Origin: Rhynchobatus australiae
Taxonomy: Eukaryota
Reading direction: 5' to 3'
Length of the DNA stretch: 64,000 bases
NCBI GenBank assembly: GCA_034780895.1
Contig: JAUZTB010000001.1
Span: forward strand, 87,042,454-87,106,453
The translations under genes were made by a program, and so were the position numbers. How positions within the stretch are numbered: the first letter of the stretch is position 1; each line of letters begins with the position of its first letter. Of the stretch, positions 38,369-50,929 are shown one piece after another. The notes below the pieces were generated by a model. It saw only the letters and a program-made list of their open reading frames with translations. It had not been told where the DNA came from and made no database searches.

Positions 38369-39621
38369 NNNNNNNNNNNNNNNNNNNNNNNNNNNNNNNN
38401 NNNNNNNNNNNNNNNNNNNNNNNNNNNNNNNNNNNNNNNNNNNNNNNNNNNNNNNNNNNNNNNNNNNNNNNNNNNNNNNNNNNNNNNNNNNNNNNNNNNN
38501 NNNNNNNNNNNNNNNNNNNNNNNNNNNNNNNNNNNNNNNNNNNNNNNNNNNNNNNNNNNNNNNNNNNNNNNNNNNNNNNNNNNNNNNNNNNNNNNNNNNN
38601 NNNNNNNNNNNNNNNNNNNNNNNNNNNNNNNNNNNNNNNNNNNNNNNNNNNNNNNNNNNNNNNNNNNNNNNNNNNNNNNNNNNNNNNNNNNNNNNNNNNN
38701 NNNNNNNNNNNNNNNNNNNNNNNNNNNNNNNNNNNNNNNNNNNNNNNNNNNNNNNNNNNNNNNNNNNNNNNNNNNNNNNNNNNNNNNNNNNNNNNNNNNN
38801 NNNNNNNNNNNNNNNNNNNNNNNNNNNNNNNNNNNNNNNNNNNNNNNNNNNNNNNNNNNNNNNNNNNNNNNNNNNNNNNNNNNNNNNNNNNNNNNNNNNN
38901 NNNNNNNNNNNNNNNNNNNNNNNNNNNNNNNNNNNNNNNNNNNNNNNNNNNNNNNNNNNNNNNNNNNNNNNGTTACATATGTAGCTGCTTTCCAGAACCT
39001 TGGTCTTGCTCTTCAATTTGTGAGAATCAACTGTAGATATTAACAGGTTAATTGATGACAGTGGAGTGGGGTTCTGCACTTGCTAGTAACAATCACAGGC
39101 TTGGTTTGCAGCTCTCAACTCACTGACATTCTTCCTTCTGTTGTCCCAGCTTCCACCAAACTTGAGGCATTACCTCTGCCACACTGGCTAAAATAAGCTC
39201 AATCTGAAATCATGGGAATTGCTGAATGGAAAAGACCCACTGTTCATCCTTCTGCCATCTGAAGGATGTTGCAGTTGTCGACTAATTATGGCCATTGGTT
39301 TTTTTTCAACTAATCTAGAACAGATCTAGAGGTAAAATAATGTAATCCTTAGTAGACGTGAGCTTTGGAGCCATGTCCAAAATCACCTGTTGCACCCAGG
39401 TATGCCACACTCACCATATATCCTGTCTTGAGTCATCAGGGACCACTTTATAATTGAAGAGTTTGGTACATTTACTGATCCAATCACCAGCAAGCAATTT
39501 AATAAAATTAGTTATGTTATTTTTAAGCATGAATGTGGGTGTTAGGGCCTTAAAACAATTTCCCTACATCACGCTTAGAATTTAATAAAATCCAAGTAAA
39601 TCCCTGATTACCTGTGCTGTT

Positions 39622-39946
<325 letters not shown>

Positions 39947-39949
39947 TAA

Positions 39950-41760
39950 AGACTAAAAATATGTTTATCAGCCATGAATATGTGATGATAGAGAATTCCA
40001 AAGCTACATGACTCTCCGGGAAGAAATTCCTTCTTATCTCCACCTTAAGTGAGCAGCTCCTTATTCTAAAACTGTAGCTGTTTGTTCCCCCATATGAGGA
40101 AACACATCCTCAACATCTTCCCTGGTAGCCACTTCAAAATCTTTTGTTTATTCTCTCATTTTAAGCTGGAATGAATATAAACCCACCTTACTCAACTGAA
40201 TTTAGTGCCTCATTCCAAGAAACAACTTAGTTCAACTTCTGAACTATGTCCAATGGAAGTATAGCCATCCTTAAGTAAGGAGACCAAAACCGTGTAGCAT
40301 ACTCCAGGCATGGTCTCGCCAATGCTCAGTACAGTTCCTGCTTGTACACTCCATCTTGTAATTAGCCCTCCTAATTTCGAGCTGTGTGTGCTTTCTAACT
40401 TTGTGCTTCATATACAAGGATACCCAGTCTTTTGCAGTCTCTCTTCACTAAAGGCGATCTGCTTTTCTTCCTACTAATGTCATTTCCCATATTATAAACC
40501 ATCTGCCAAACATTTGCCCACTTGTTTGTTGTATTTAGATCTCTTTGCAGACTCTGTGTCCTCCTCAGAAGTTGTTTTCCCTGCTGTTATTGAATTCTCA
40601 GCAAGTATTGCTACAATGCACTTGGTCCTGCCATTAAAATAGATTTTTTAATAGTTGAGGCTCCAGTGCTGATCCCTGCAGTAACAATTTGGCAACTTGA
40701 AAATGATCCATTTATCCTGACTGTTTTCTCTTATTAGCATGGTTGTAGGACTGCCTCAATTTCCTTTTATAGGTTCCAGCATTTCCCAGGTGACACATGT
40801 CAGACTAACTAGCCCATAGTTTCTTGTTTTCTTTCTCCCCTCCACCCCCACCCCTATACCACCTCCATTCNNNNNNNNNNNNNNNNNNNNNNNNNNNNNN
40901 NNNNNNNNNNNNNNNNNNNNNNNNNNNNNNNNNNNNNNNNNNNNNNNNNNNNNNNNNNNNNNNNNNNNNNNNNNNNNNNNNNNNNNNNNNNNNNNNNNNN
41001 NNNNNNNNNNNNNNNNNNNNNNNNNNNNNNNNNNNNNNNNNNNNNNNNNNNNNNNNNNNNNNNNNNNNNNNNNNNNNNNNNNNNNNNNNNNNNNNNNNNN
41101 NNNNNNNNNNNNNNNNNNNNNNNNNNNNNNNNNNNNNNNNNNNNNNNNNNNNNNNNNNNNNNNNNNNNNNNNNNNNNNNNNNATCTGCCTTTTATTTGTT
41201 TCTTATTATTAATTCACCAATTTCATTCTCTGTGACCAAAGTTTACCTGGGCTACTCTTTTACTTTTTTGTAGAAACTCCTAGTGTCATTATTGTTTATT
41301 GTTATGTTGTCTCTTTTTTATTATTTGTAACCCTTACTGATTTCTAGGATCTTCCCAATCTTCTGGTCTATTAATCTTTGTAGTATTTTGTTGTTTTTAA
41401 TTTGAACCTTCCTTAGATTCAATGGATCTTCTCATCGAGTCTTTTACTTCTGAGTGAAATATAAATTTGTTGAGAATATGTAAAATCTTCAGGCATGTCT
41501 CCCACTGTTTGTCTATTGTTTAACCTCTTAATCTATTTTCATTGTCCATTTTTGCTAACACTGCCTTCACACCTCTAATTGCCTTCGTTTAAGTTTAAGA
41601 TACTAATTTCAGACCTATATTTCTCACTATCAAACTGAACGTGAAATTTCATTGTTATGATCATTCTTCTCCAGAATGCCTTGCTATGGGAGTGCTTTAT
41701 CCTATCCCATTACACATGACCTGATCTGTTACTTGATTTATTCCACAATACATTCTAATT
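39950..41760 (-). mobile_element. Old decayed CR1 LINE
   Basis: aaggagaccaaaaccgtgtagcatactccagg... and ggctccagtgctgatccctgc (GSVLG remnant). Confidence 0.7.
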
Positions 41761-42445
41761 TTCTAAGTAGATGATTAACACAACCATTAGCCAAGTAAAC
41801 AGTTTTAAATAGGACTGAAAAGTTTTTCTTATTAAAAAAANNNNNNNNNNNNNNNNNNNNNNNNNNNNNNNNNNNNNNNNNNNNNNNNNNNNNNNNNNNN
41901 NNNNNNNNNNNNNNNNNNNNNNNNNNNNNNNNNNNNNNNNAGATAGGTTACTGATTTTTGCAGTGGTGGAATATTCCAATGCACTCTTTACACATTCACA
42001 AAATATTTGATGCCAGCCCTGTGTGAATGTGGGAAATTTGTTCCCAGTGCTGATATTCCTCACCTTGATCATAGAAGCTCATAATGCCTATAGAACCATT
42101 CAACACATACCCTGGACTAGCTCTTTGATGGATCTATCCAACTAGTCCTCTGTCCCACTCTTTCTCCATAGTCCTGAAGTAATTCCAGAGTTTATCAGAG
42201 GATATGCGATTTTAATTAAACCCAACAGTATATAAGGAAAAGTATGGATGGGTTTCACTGCATTTCACCTTATTACATATGTTTGTGTATTTTGAGCTGA
42301 ATTTGTTCTTCTACATCCCAGCTAGAACATTGATGGGTTAACGGTGATGCTTTTGAAAGAGGAAAGCAAAATGGTGCTTCCTATGGAATAATTCCTAATG
42401 TAACATGTCTAACACCATTGATTTGTTTTCACCATTTCTTTCCAG

Positions 42446-42526
42446 GATATGGATGATGATGAATATGATATGGGTAAGCCAAAAAAGCAAAGGAGGACAA
42501 TCGTAAGAACAACCTCAATTACAAGG
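42446..42526 (+). CDS. PACS2: PACS2 exon 7 (81 bp): [27 protein letters not shown], includes PKKQRR NLS
   Basis: tttctttccag| and AGG|gttagt; not in the ORF track because it is under 60 aa. Confidence 0.95.
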
Positions 42527-43173
42527 GTTAGTTTGGTTTAATTCTTCCTAATATACTAAAACATTGATATGACTGCATGTACATATGTCCATGCATCTTG
42601 CCCCATGTGTCTATTTATGTGCAAGGGTGTTACAATGCTGATGACTGACAAAATCAATCCATGCTTCCTCTTTATCAATTACAAATAAACTAAATATAAT
42701 TCCTAAAAGAAAATGCGTACAAGATCAGTTACATGTGAGAAAGATCTTCCTCCTCATTGCTCTGCAAAGCACTTGAAGTAAGCATTGTGCATTCTATAAA
42801 GAATGAAACTCTCTACAATTACTCCAGAATAACTTCTCACTCCGAAACAACCTTTTCTTGTGGGAGTGGAATGAAATTACTAATATTTAAAGCCACTGCC
42901 ATATTTTAAACCAATCAAGACCATCTTGAGTTTGTCTGAAATGCCTTTTATCCAATATTGACTGGAGAATTTTAGACTAACCTGCCAATTAATAAGGACA
43001 AACATGGCAGTGAAAGAGTACTGTGCTTATCAAATTCACCGTAATTAGTGGAATATCAGCTTTTTCAATTTGCATTGCTCAAGAATGTATCTTTTTTGGG
43101 GAGGTGGTAGGGAGTTGTGGAGAAGTGGGGTGAAGTTGATTGTGGTTCTAACAGCTTAATTTTTTTTCCCCAG

Positions 43174-43233
43174 CAACAGAACTTCAAGCAGAAGGTTGTT
43201 GCTTTACTAAGGAGGTTCAAAGTTTCAGATGAG
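43174..43233 (+). CDS. PACS2: PACS2 exon 8 (60 bp): QQNFKQKVVALLRRFKVSDE
   Basis: ttttttccccag| and GAG|gtatga; highly conserved PACS peptide. Confidence 0.96.
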
Positions 43234-44161
43234 GTATGAAATTGGCACTAGTTTGTATTTTTAGTGGATGCGGGGTATCGATACAGTACGAAGTAATCCT
43301 GTTATAATGTCTCAATCAAGCAGGTATTCCAACAGTAATGACGGTTATTAAACTATTTGCAGGGGCAAGAAGGAGAGGTCCAATCTTTGTCACTTTTGAT
43401 GCCCATATACAAAATAGCAGAAGTCACTCATAATTGAGTGGGAGTTAAGAATCCTGATTCTTTCCCTCCATTTTCAGTAACTTTAGTTTTAAGTTTGCNN
43501 NNNNNCTGGCCTTTTCAGAACCTTGGTTTAGATTGGCAGATTCAAAATTATCTAATTTTCTGCTATTTCTATGTCCCTGAAGTTGTTAACTGCTTGTCAG
43601 GATACCATTCAACAAATATTGGTTATCTTTTTGTTACCCTCCCAATTCATAGTTGTGATTTTCAGCAAGTTATCCCATCACAGCTGAGCCTAGCCCTCTC
43701 CTTGCCCCTGAAATCCAGCTGTCTCCTATGTGATTAGGAATCAGAAAGTTAAATGCAAGCAATTCAGGACAATCTCTGCATAATTCCAGTTGGTTTTTGC
43801 CTTTCCTTACTCATAAGGACAAAATTCAATTCTGCCTCCTTTGTATCCATGTAAGCTGAAAGCTGGTTAGAAAAATTTCACGATCAATTTATTATTATTA
43901 CTTTGTAAACTAAACTCATTGGATCTTTGCCAGAGGACCTCTAACATTTGTATTGACAAACTTAGGTTATGTATTGAATAATTACCTGTATTACACATGA
44001 TTGTTTTAATAAAAAGCAGTTAATGTGTTGAATTATCCAGTCAGTTAGACTGTGAGTTGGACAGTCAAATATTTCCCTTAAATCTTTCTTTCATAAGGAA
44101 GGGATAGATAAATTGTGTATTGAAGCAAGGCTGAAATAAAAATTGTACAAATTGGTTGTAG

Positions 44162-44319
44162 GTCCTTGACTCGGAGCAGGATCCCACAGACAACGTGCAA
44201 GAAGTAGAAGAGGACTTGGATCTACTGTATGATAGCTTGGATGTGGAGAATCCTAGTGACAGTGGCCCTGATATGGATGATGATGACAGTGTTCTCAGCA
44301 CTCCGAAACCAAAGCTCAA
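44162..44319 (+). CDS. PACS2: PACS2 exon 9 (158 bp): [52 protein letters not shown](K)
   Basis: ttgtag| and CAA|gtatgg; phase 2 out matches exon 10. Confidence 0.95.
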
Positions 44320-44439
44320 GTATGGAGGGCACTTACCTCATACTGTTGTGTTTAAGCCACTTACAGATTATATAGTTAACATTGCTTCATTTGAGTTGAC
44401 TCAGAGCTTTATTGCAAAATCTATTAAATGTGCTTCTTA

Positions 44440-44830
44440 GAATATATGTATAGAACAGGAACAGGCCCTTTGGCCCACGATGTTGTGTCGAACTAATAAC
44501 TAAATGCCTAACTAAACTAATCACTTCTGCCAACTCATTCTCCATATCCTTCATTCTCTGCCCATTCATGTGCCTATCTAAGAGCCTCTTAAAGGCCTCT
44601 ATCATATTTGCCTCCACTATCACCCCTGGCAGTGCATTCCAGGCACCCAACACTCTACGTTTATATAAAAAAGAACTTGCCTTGCACATCTCCTTCGTAC
44701 TTACCCCCCGCACCATAAATGTATGCCTTGTAGACATTTTGACCCTGGGGAAAAGATACTGGTTGTGTATCTATGCTGCTCATAATCTTCTGTCAGGTCT
44801 CACCTCAGCCTCAGCCACTCCAGAGAAAAC
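44440..44830 (-). mobile_element. CR1 LINE 3' end
   Basis: RVLGAWNALPGVIVEANMIEAFKRLLDRHM; caggaacaggcccttt tail. Confidence 0.88.
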
Positions 44831-44959
44831 ATCAGTGAGTGCATGTTATCATACCTGACTCGCACCAAAAATCTGTCTGGCTTGCAAATGATGCATGCAC
44901 CCACTTTATCAGCAGTGAGGGCCCAAGGCTCTGCTTAATGATTGAATGTTCTACTCAAG

Positions 44960-45385
44960 GATCAGGCTGGGACTGTTGTCCCTGCTGTGAAGGAGGCTGA
45001 AGGGGTGACCTGGTGGAGGTTTATAAAACTATGAGGGGCATAGAAAAGCTGGATTGTCACAGTCTATTTCCATGGGAGGGGAGTCAAAACTAGAGGCCAT
45101 AGGTTTAAGGTGAGAGGGAAACAATTCAAAGGGGATGTGCAGGGCAAGTTTTTTCCATAGCGAGGATAGTGGGTTTATGGAACGAGCTGCCAGAGGAGAT
45201 GGTAGAGGTGGGTACAGTAACAATATGTAAAAGATATTTGGACAGGTATGTGGAGAGGAAAGATTTAGAGGGGTTTGGGCCAAATGCAGGCAAATGGGAC
45301 TGCCTCAGGAAGACACCTTGGTCAGTCTGGATGAACTGGGCTGAAGGGCCTGTTTCCGTACTATATAACTCTATGACCATGACTG
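44960..45385 (+). mobile_element. CR1 LINE 3' end
   Basis: GLWNELPEEMVEVGTVTICKRYLDRYV; gggctgaagggcctgtttcc...ctctatgac tail. Confidence 0.88.
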
Positions 45386-45710
45386 GTACTTTATGGAGTG
45401 CATCCATGGGTGTTATTAGTCTCAAACTTGTAAACTATGTGACAAACCTATCAGCACATTTGAAGAGGATCCAACCCAAAACTGACTCTCTACAAAATTT
45501 TTTTGAAACCAACTTGACCCCAACTCACATGGCTGGACCCTGTTGGGGTTAGTTGGCTAGCCAGGCTCTAATAGTGGACTCGTGCAGAGAGCAGAGCAAG
45601 AAACTTCTATCCATTAATCAAAACTGGACTTGAACCAGAATCCCAGAAGTGAAAGGTCAATGCACCAATAATTCTTCAGCATTGCTCTATAAATCGAGCA
45701 GAATCAGAAG

Positions 45711-45946
45711 TTTGGAGTAACAAACAATCTGCTGGAGGAACTCAGTGGGTTGAGCATCATCTGTGGAGAAAAATAAATTGTCGACAATTTGAGACGAAAT
45801 CTTGCTTCAGGACTGATGCAGGATTTTAACCCGAAACGTCGACAATTTCTTTCCTCCCACAGATGCTGCTTGACCAGCTGAGTTCCTTGAGCAGATTTTT
45901 TTTTGTTGCTCCAGATTCCAGCATCTGCAGGCTCCTGTGTCTTCAT
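45711..45946. mobile_element. Short palindromic Penelope-derived unit (two head-to-head hammerhead-bearing termini), probable 9-bp TSD
   Basis: Left arm 45711-45811 is the reverse complement of 45813-45915; aatcagaag (45702-45710) vs aattagaag (45947-45955). Confidence 0.8.
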
Positions 45947-46541
45947 AATTAGAAGGTTGTAGGGTCAGAGCCTGAGTCAGTGCCGAATGACATGCCTGTA
46001 TCATCACAGGTATCCAGTACTGTCAGAGTCCTTGGGTGCCGAGAGGTTGTTTTCTTGGATTGGATTGTTCACATAGGTGAACCATTTAGAACTAGGATCG
46101 GGAAAAATGTCTTTACTTTGATAGATGAATTCTCTACTGGAGGGCCGCGAATGTGCCATTGTTGAGTGTATCCAAGACTGATAGCAATAGTTTTTTTGTA
46201 CACAGGGAATTAAGGGATGTGGTGATTGAGCAAGGAAGGGCAGAATAGATGACCCATGATCGTATTGAATGGCAGAGAAGCCTAAAGGGGTTGAATGACC
46301 TACTGTTTTCTCCTTTTACATCTGTCTGTTCAAGCAGATGTTTTAAAAAAAAGTGCTGCATCATACCCTGAAGAACGCAAGGAAATTCTTCCCACTTAGC
46401 AAGTATTTATCCCTCAAACAGTATCACTTTGAGGGTGCACTGAATGATTTTGAATTTGCTTTGTCTTAAGTTATTGGTGTTATCTTGTAAATGTCTCATC
46501 AGCTCTGTCTGACCTTTTTGATTGTGAATGTTGTTTTGCAG

Positions 46542-46635
46542 ACCCTACTTCGAAGGCTTGTCGCATTCCAGCTCTCAAACCGAAATTGGCAGCATCCACA
46601 GTTTGAGGAGCCAGACACGGGAGCCACCCAGCCCT
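46542..46635 (+). CDS. PACS2: PACS2 exon 10 (94 bp): [31 protein letters not shown]
   Basis: ttttgcag| and CCT|gtaaga; conserved [14 protein letters not shown] motif. Confidence 0.95.
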
Positions 46636-46789
46636 GTAAGAAACTAGCACTGATTACATCACCATTAACATAAAATATGCTCCTGACTGAATCAAGAAGC
46701 TTTCCCAGTTGAAGTAAAGTTTTAAAAAAGAGTTAATAGTGCTTTTACTTCTTCAAAGAGCCGGCAATTCTACGACACTCCTTCCATAC

Positions 46790-48170
46790 AAAACATAAAA
46801 AGGAACAGTTGTAAGATACTCAGTCCCTCAAGCCTGCCCTGACATTCATTGTGATCATGGCTGATCTGCCCCAGGCCTTATCTCCTCTTCTGAGCCAGTT
46901 CCCCATAGCCCCCATTTCCCTTACCTATCAAAAATCTACTTCCTCTACAATAAACCCTTGTTCGAGATTCTCCCACAAGTGGAAACATATCAGTATCTAC
47001 CCTGTTGATATATGTTTCAGTGAAATCACCCCTTCATTCTTATAAACTCCAAAGAACATGAATTTAATTTCTTTAGCTGCTCCCCTTGGAACGACTCTCT
47101 CATTCCCAGGAATAAGCCGAGTGAATCTCTTTTGAGCCACCTCTGATGCCAGTTTATCTTGTTGTTAAATAATGGGACCAATACTGTATCCTCCAGTCAA
47201 CCTATCTATATCCCATTGTAGAATCCAAATATCCTTATTGCCATATGCCCTCTCACCTATTTTAGTGTCATCGGCAAACTTGGATACTTTGCACTTTACC
47301 CCCTCCTCCAGGTCATTAATATGAATCATAAATAATTGAAGGCCAAGTACTGATCCTTGGGGCACTCCACCAGTTGCATCCTGATAGCCTGAAAAGGACC
47401 TGTCTATTTCTGGCTCTCTTCTACATGATAACCAGTCTTCAATCCATACTAACAGACCTCCCCCAATACCAGGGACTTGCGCACTGACTGTTTATGTGGC
47501 ACTTTGTCAAATGCCTTATGAAAATCCAAATACACAACATCCACGTGTTTCCTTCTATCAATTCTGATTATTATTCTTGAATTCTTGCAAATTTGTCAAA
47601 CATGATTTACCTTTCATGAAACCATGTCAACTTGGTTTGATTACACTAAGCTTCTCTAAATGACTCACTATTTCGTCCTTGGTTATAGACTCTAGCATTT
47701 TGCCAACAGCAGATGTTAAGCTGACAAGCATGTAGTTATCTGTTTCTTTTTATTCCTTCCTTTTCGAGCAATGGAGTTAACTTTGTGATCTTCCAATCCA
47801 CTAGTACCTTTCTGGATCTTGGTGAGTTTTGAAAAAAGTTTAACCAATGGCTCCACTTTCTCTTCAGCTGCTTCCTTTAAAACCCTTGGGTGTAGGCCAT
47901 TCAGACCTAGCTTTACTCCCATTAGTTTTTCCAATACCTCACCCTCGTGATAGTGGTTAGAAATTCTTCCATATTGTTTGAAAGCAGCCCACATCTATGG
48001 ACTATTTGTAGTGTCCTCCAATGTGAAGACTGAAGTAAAGAATTGATGTAATTTATCTGCCTTGTTTCCTGTTATTAATTCCCCAGTCTCACTCCTTAGG
48101 GCATCTTACACTTTATAGCTAACCTCTTCCTTTTATATATCCATAACAGTCATTGATATTTGTTTTGATA
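46790..48170 (-). mobile_element. Decayed CR1 LINE (RT region and 3' end)
   Basis: PQGSVLGLQLFMIHINDLEEGVKCKVSKFADDTKIG (47165-47365); LHPRVLKE. Confidence 0.9.
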
Positions 48171-50514
48171 TTGCTTGTCAGTTCTCTCAATCGTCTGGAA
48201 GGACAGCATTTACAGTTTGGAAGAATTGAATACCATTAAAAGGGCAGGACGCTGCAAAATTAGAAGCTTGAAGTGGATAGTAAAGAGGGGAAGGTTTAAC
48301 GATTTTGGAATAAGTTTCCAAAGGTTGGGAAACCTTGGGCAACATTACTTGCTATTAGTGGAATAGAGTGGTAGAGAAATTATGTTGAAAGAGTTTACAA
48401 TGTGTGTAATATCCTTTGTGGTTATGAGCAATTTAAATGCAATTTTCCAAAGGTACTTCAATATACGTATACCCAAATTAGTAAGACTTTTGAGAAATAG
48501 CAGTAGCAATAAATTGGTTAGTTCTTTTTAAAATGCTGGCATAATGTAATGGATATCACCCTTATCATAGAGTTCTGCGTTGATGTATAGTTGGAGCAGA
48601 CCATGGAAGAATTTAATAATGAGTATAAGGATTTTGCTGGTAACTTGAACTATAGCTTGTCTTCACTTAATTCAAACTCTGAAATGCAGAAAAGAGCATC
48701 AAGTGGGTGGTATGAAGTTTTTCCTTATGGTAACTCAGTTGAAGCCCAAATAATAAATTCCTCTGTATTGTATGAGTGCAGAGACTGGGCTTTTATCTTC
48801 ATTAAATTAAGCTATTTGTGAGTAGAAATTTCCAGTAGTTCCACTTAAAACAATGGAATTTCCAATGATCCAATACCACATTAGTTGGAGTAGATTGAAA
48901 GGACTCATGACACGAAAGCTGAGCAGATGCACATTAAAAAAGACTGAACAGGTTTACCAAAATAAAGAGCTGAAGGTTGATCTATAAGAGGAGGACTATA
49001 AGATAGAAAGAAGTATATAAGCTGAAACTAAAGATCGTAAATATAAGCTAGTCATGAACAAATCCATTAAGGAATTCCAGAGGAAGTTATTTACTATAGG
49101 AATGTGGAGTGTTTTACCGCAAAGAACAGTTGAGGACAATGGCAGTGATGCATCTGAGGAAGCTAGAAGAACAGATGCAAGAGAATCTCTGATAAGGTTA
49201 CAGAAAGAGGAATCAGCATTGATCATTAGGGCTGGATAGCTTGTTTCTGTGTTGTCGTGTCAGTGTGGTGAGATTCTTGAAAAGAGCATGCCACATTTTA
49301 AATGTGGACAATGCTCCTGCACTACTTCAGATCAGCCACCAGATGTTGCTATTAACTAGTTTTAATGATCTGTTCAGCAGCTTCCCATGAGAAGTGGCAC
49401 CGCAGACTTTTGAGTTTGTTTATTATTTCTCCTGGATAAATTGAAAGATAAGCTACTGAAATTTGAGATTCTACAACAAAGACCATAGAGGTAACATTAG
49501 GGTTAGATAAATTATCAGGGGAATCAGAAAGTGTTTTTAATATTTCCTCTGGCGTGGGACTGCAAATTAGGCATGCACTTCGAGAACACTTGTTCACACA
49601 AAGGATAATAGAAATCTAGAACACTCAACCTTAAAAGAATATTGACAAAGGATATTGGAAAAAATCAAATCTAAGTCAGAATTTGTTATGAAATATTGAA
49701 GAATACATTAGCAGTATGGGTTGATAAAACTAAGAAACAGATTGGCTATGGTCAATTTGAATTGAGAGGCTGGATGGCCTACTCCATTCCCACATACAAA
49801 TTCTATACTCTATTTCTGACAGTTCTCTGGCATAAATGTGCAATATAAGCAAGCGTGATGGGAATCATCAGTTGCTGATCAGAAATTCCTGACCATCCCT
49901 TGATCCAGAGTGTGGAAACGGGAGGCAGAGCAGGATTTCATTGAGAGTATTGGATTGGTAAGCAGGTTTTTTAGTTCTGAATATCTGTGATAATGATGAA
50001 AATTGCACAAAGACAGCAGAAGCAGAATCACAGTTCTGGAGGTCAAACTGATCAACAAAGATGGGGAAATGAATTATGCAAATCTGCATTAATAGGCGAT
50101 TCCTAATCAGTGGAGCGTGAGGCACTTTGTCCTTTCGGTTAGAGCCAAGGATCTCAAAGGGTATGTTGCCTCTCAGGTGCTGGTGTGAAGGATATCATGT
50201 AGTGCGAACAAGGAGGATTAATATTGTCACCATTGCTCTTAACAGAACTCTGAAATGGCTTTGCAACTCAGTTGCTTGCACCAAACCATTCCACAGACAC
50301 AACAAGAATAAAACAAGTGACACTTGGTGTTGACCTGCATATCTGATTTGCTCACAGCAAAAGTAGTTCCAGTTTAATCAAATTTTCAAAGTCCTACTTA
50401 TGAACATTTTGGGGACAAGTATCTAAAATGGAGGAGATAATATAATCGTAGTCACAAAATCATATTTTTCAGCCAACATTTCGGCCCCTGCCATCACTCT
50501 CCCTGGGAATATCT

Positions 50515-50905
50515 TGGTATTGGTTTATTATTGTCACTTGTACCAAGGTACAGTGAAAAGCTTATCTTACGAACCGATCGTACAGGTCNNNNNNNNNNNN
50601 NNNNNNNNNNNNNNNNNNNNNNNNNNNNNNNNNNNNNNNNNNNNNNNNNNNNNNNNNNNNNNNNNNNNNNNNNNNNNNNNNNNNNNNNTCTACATGATGT
50701 GACCAGGACAGACTGTTGGTGATGTTTACTCCCAGGAACTTGAAGCTCTTAACCCTCTCGACCTTAGCACCATTGATGCAGATAGGTGCATGTACACTGC
50801 CCCCTTTCCTGAAGTCAATGAACAGCTCTTTTGTTGACATTGAGGGAAAGGTTGTTAGTATGACACCATTCCACTAAACTCTCTATCTCCTTTCTGTACT
50901 CTGAC
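50515..50905 (-). mobile_element. Rex1/Babar LINE 3' fragment spanning an N gap
   Basis: TKELFIDFRK...PICINGAKVERVKSFKFLGVNITNSLSW. Confidence 0.88.
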
Positions 50906-50929
50906 ATTGTTTATCTTGTTATATTGATA

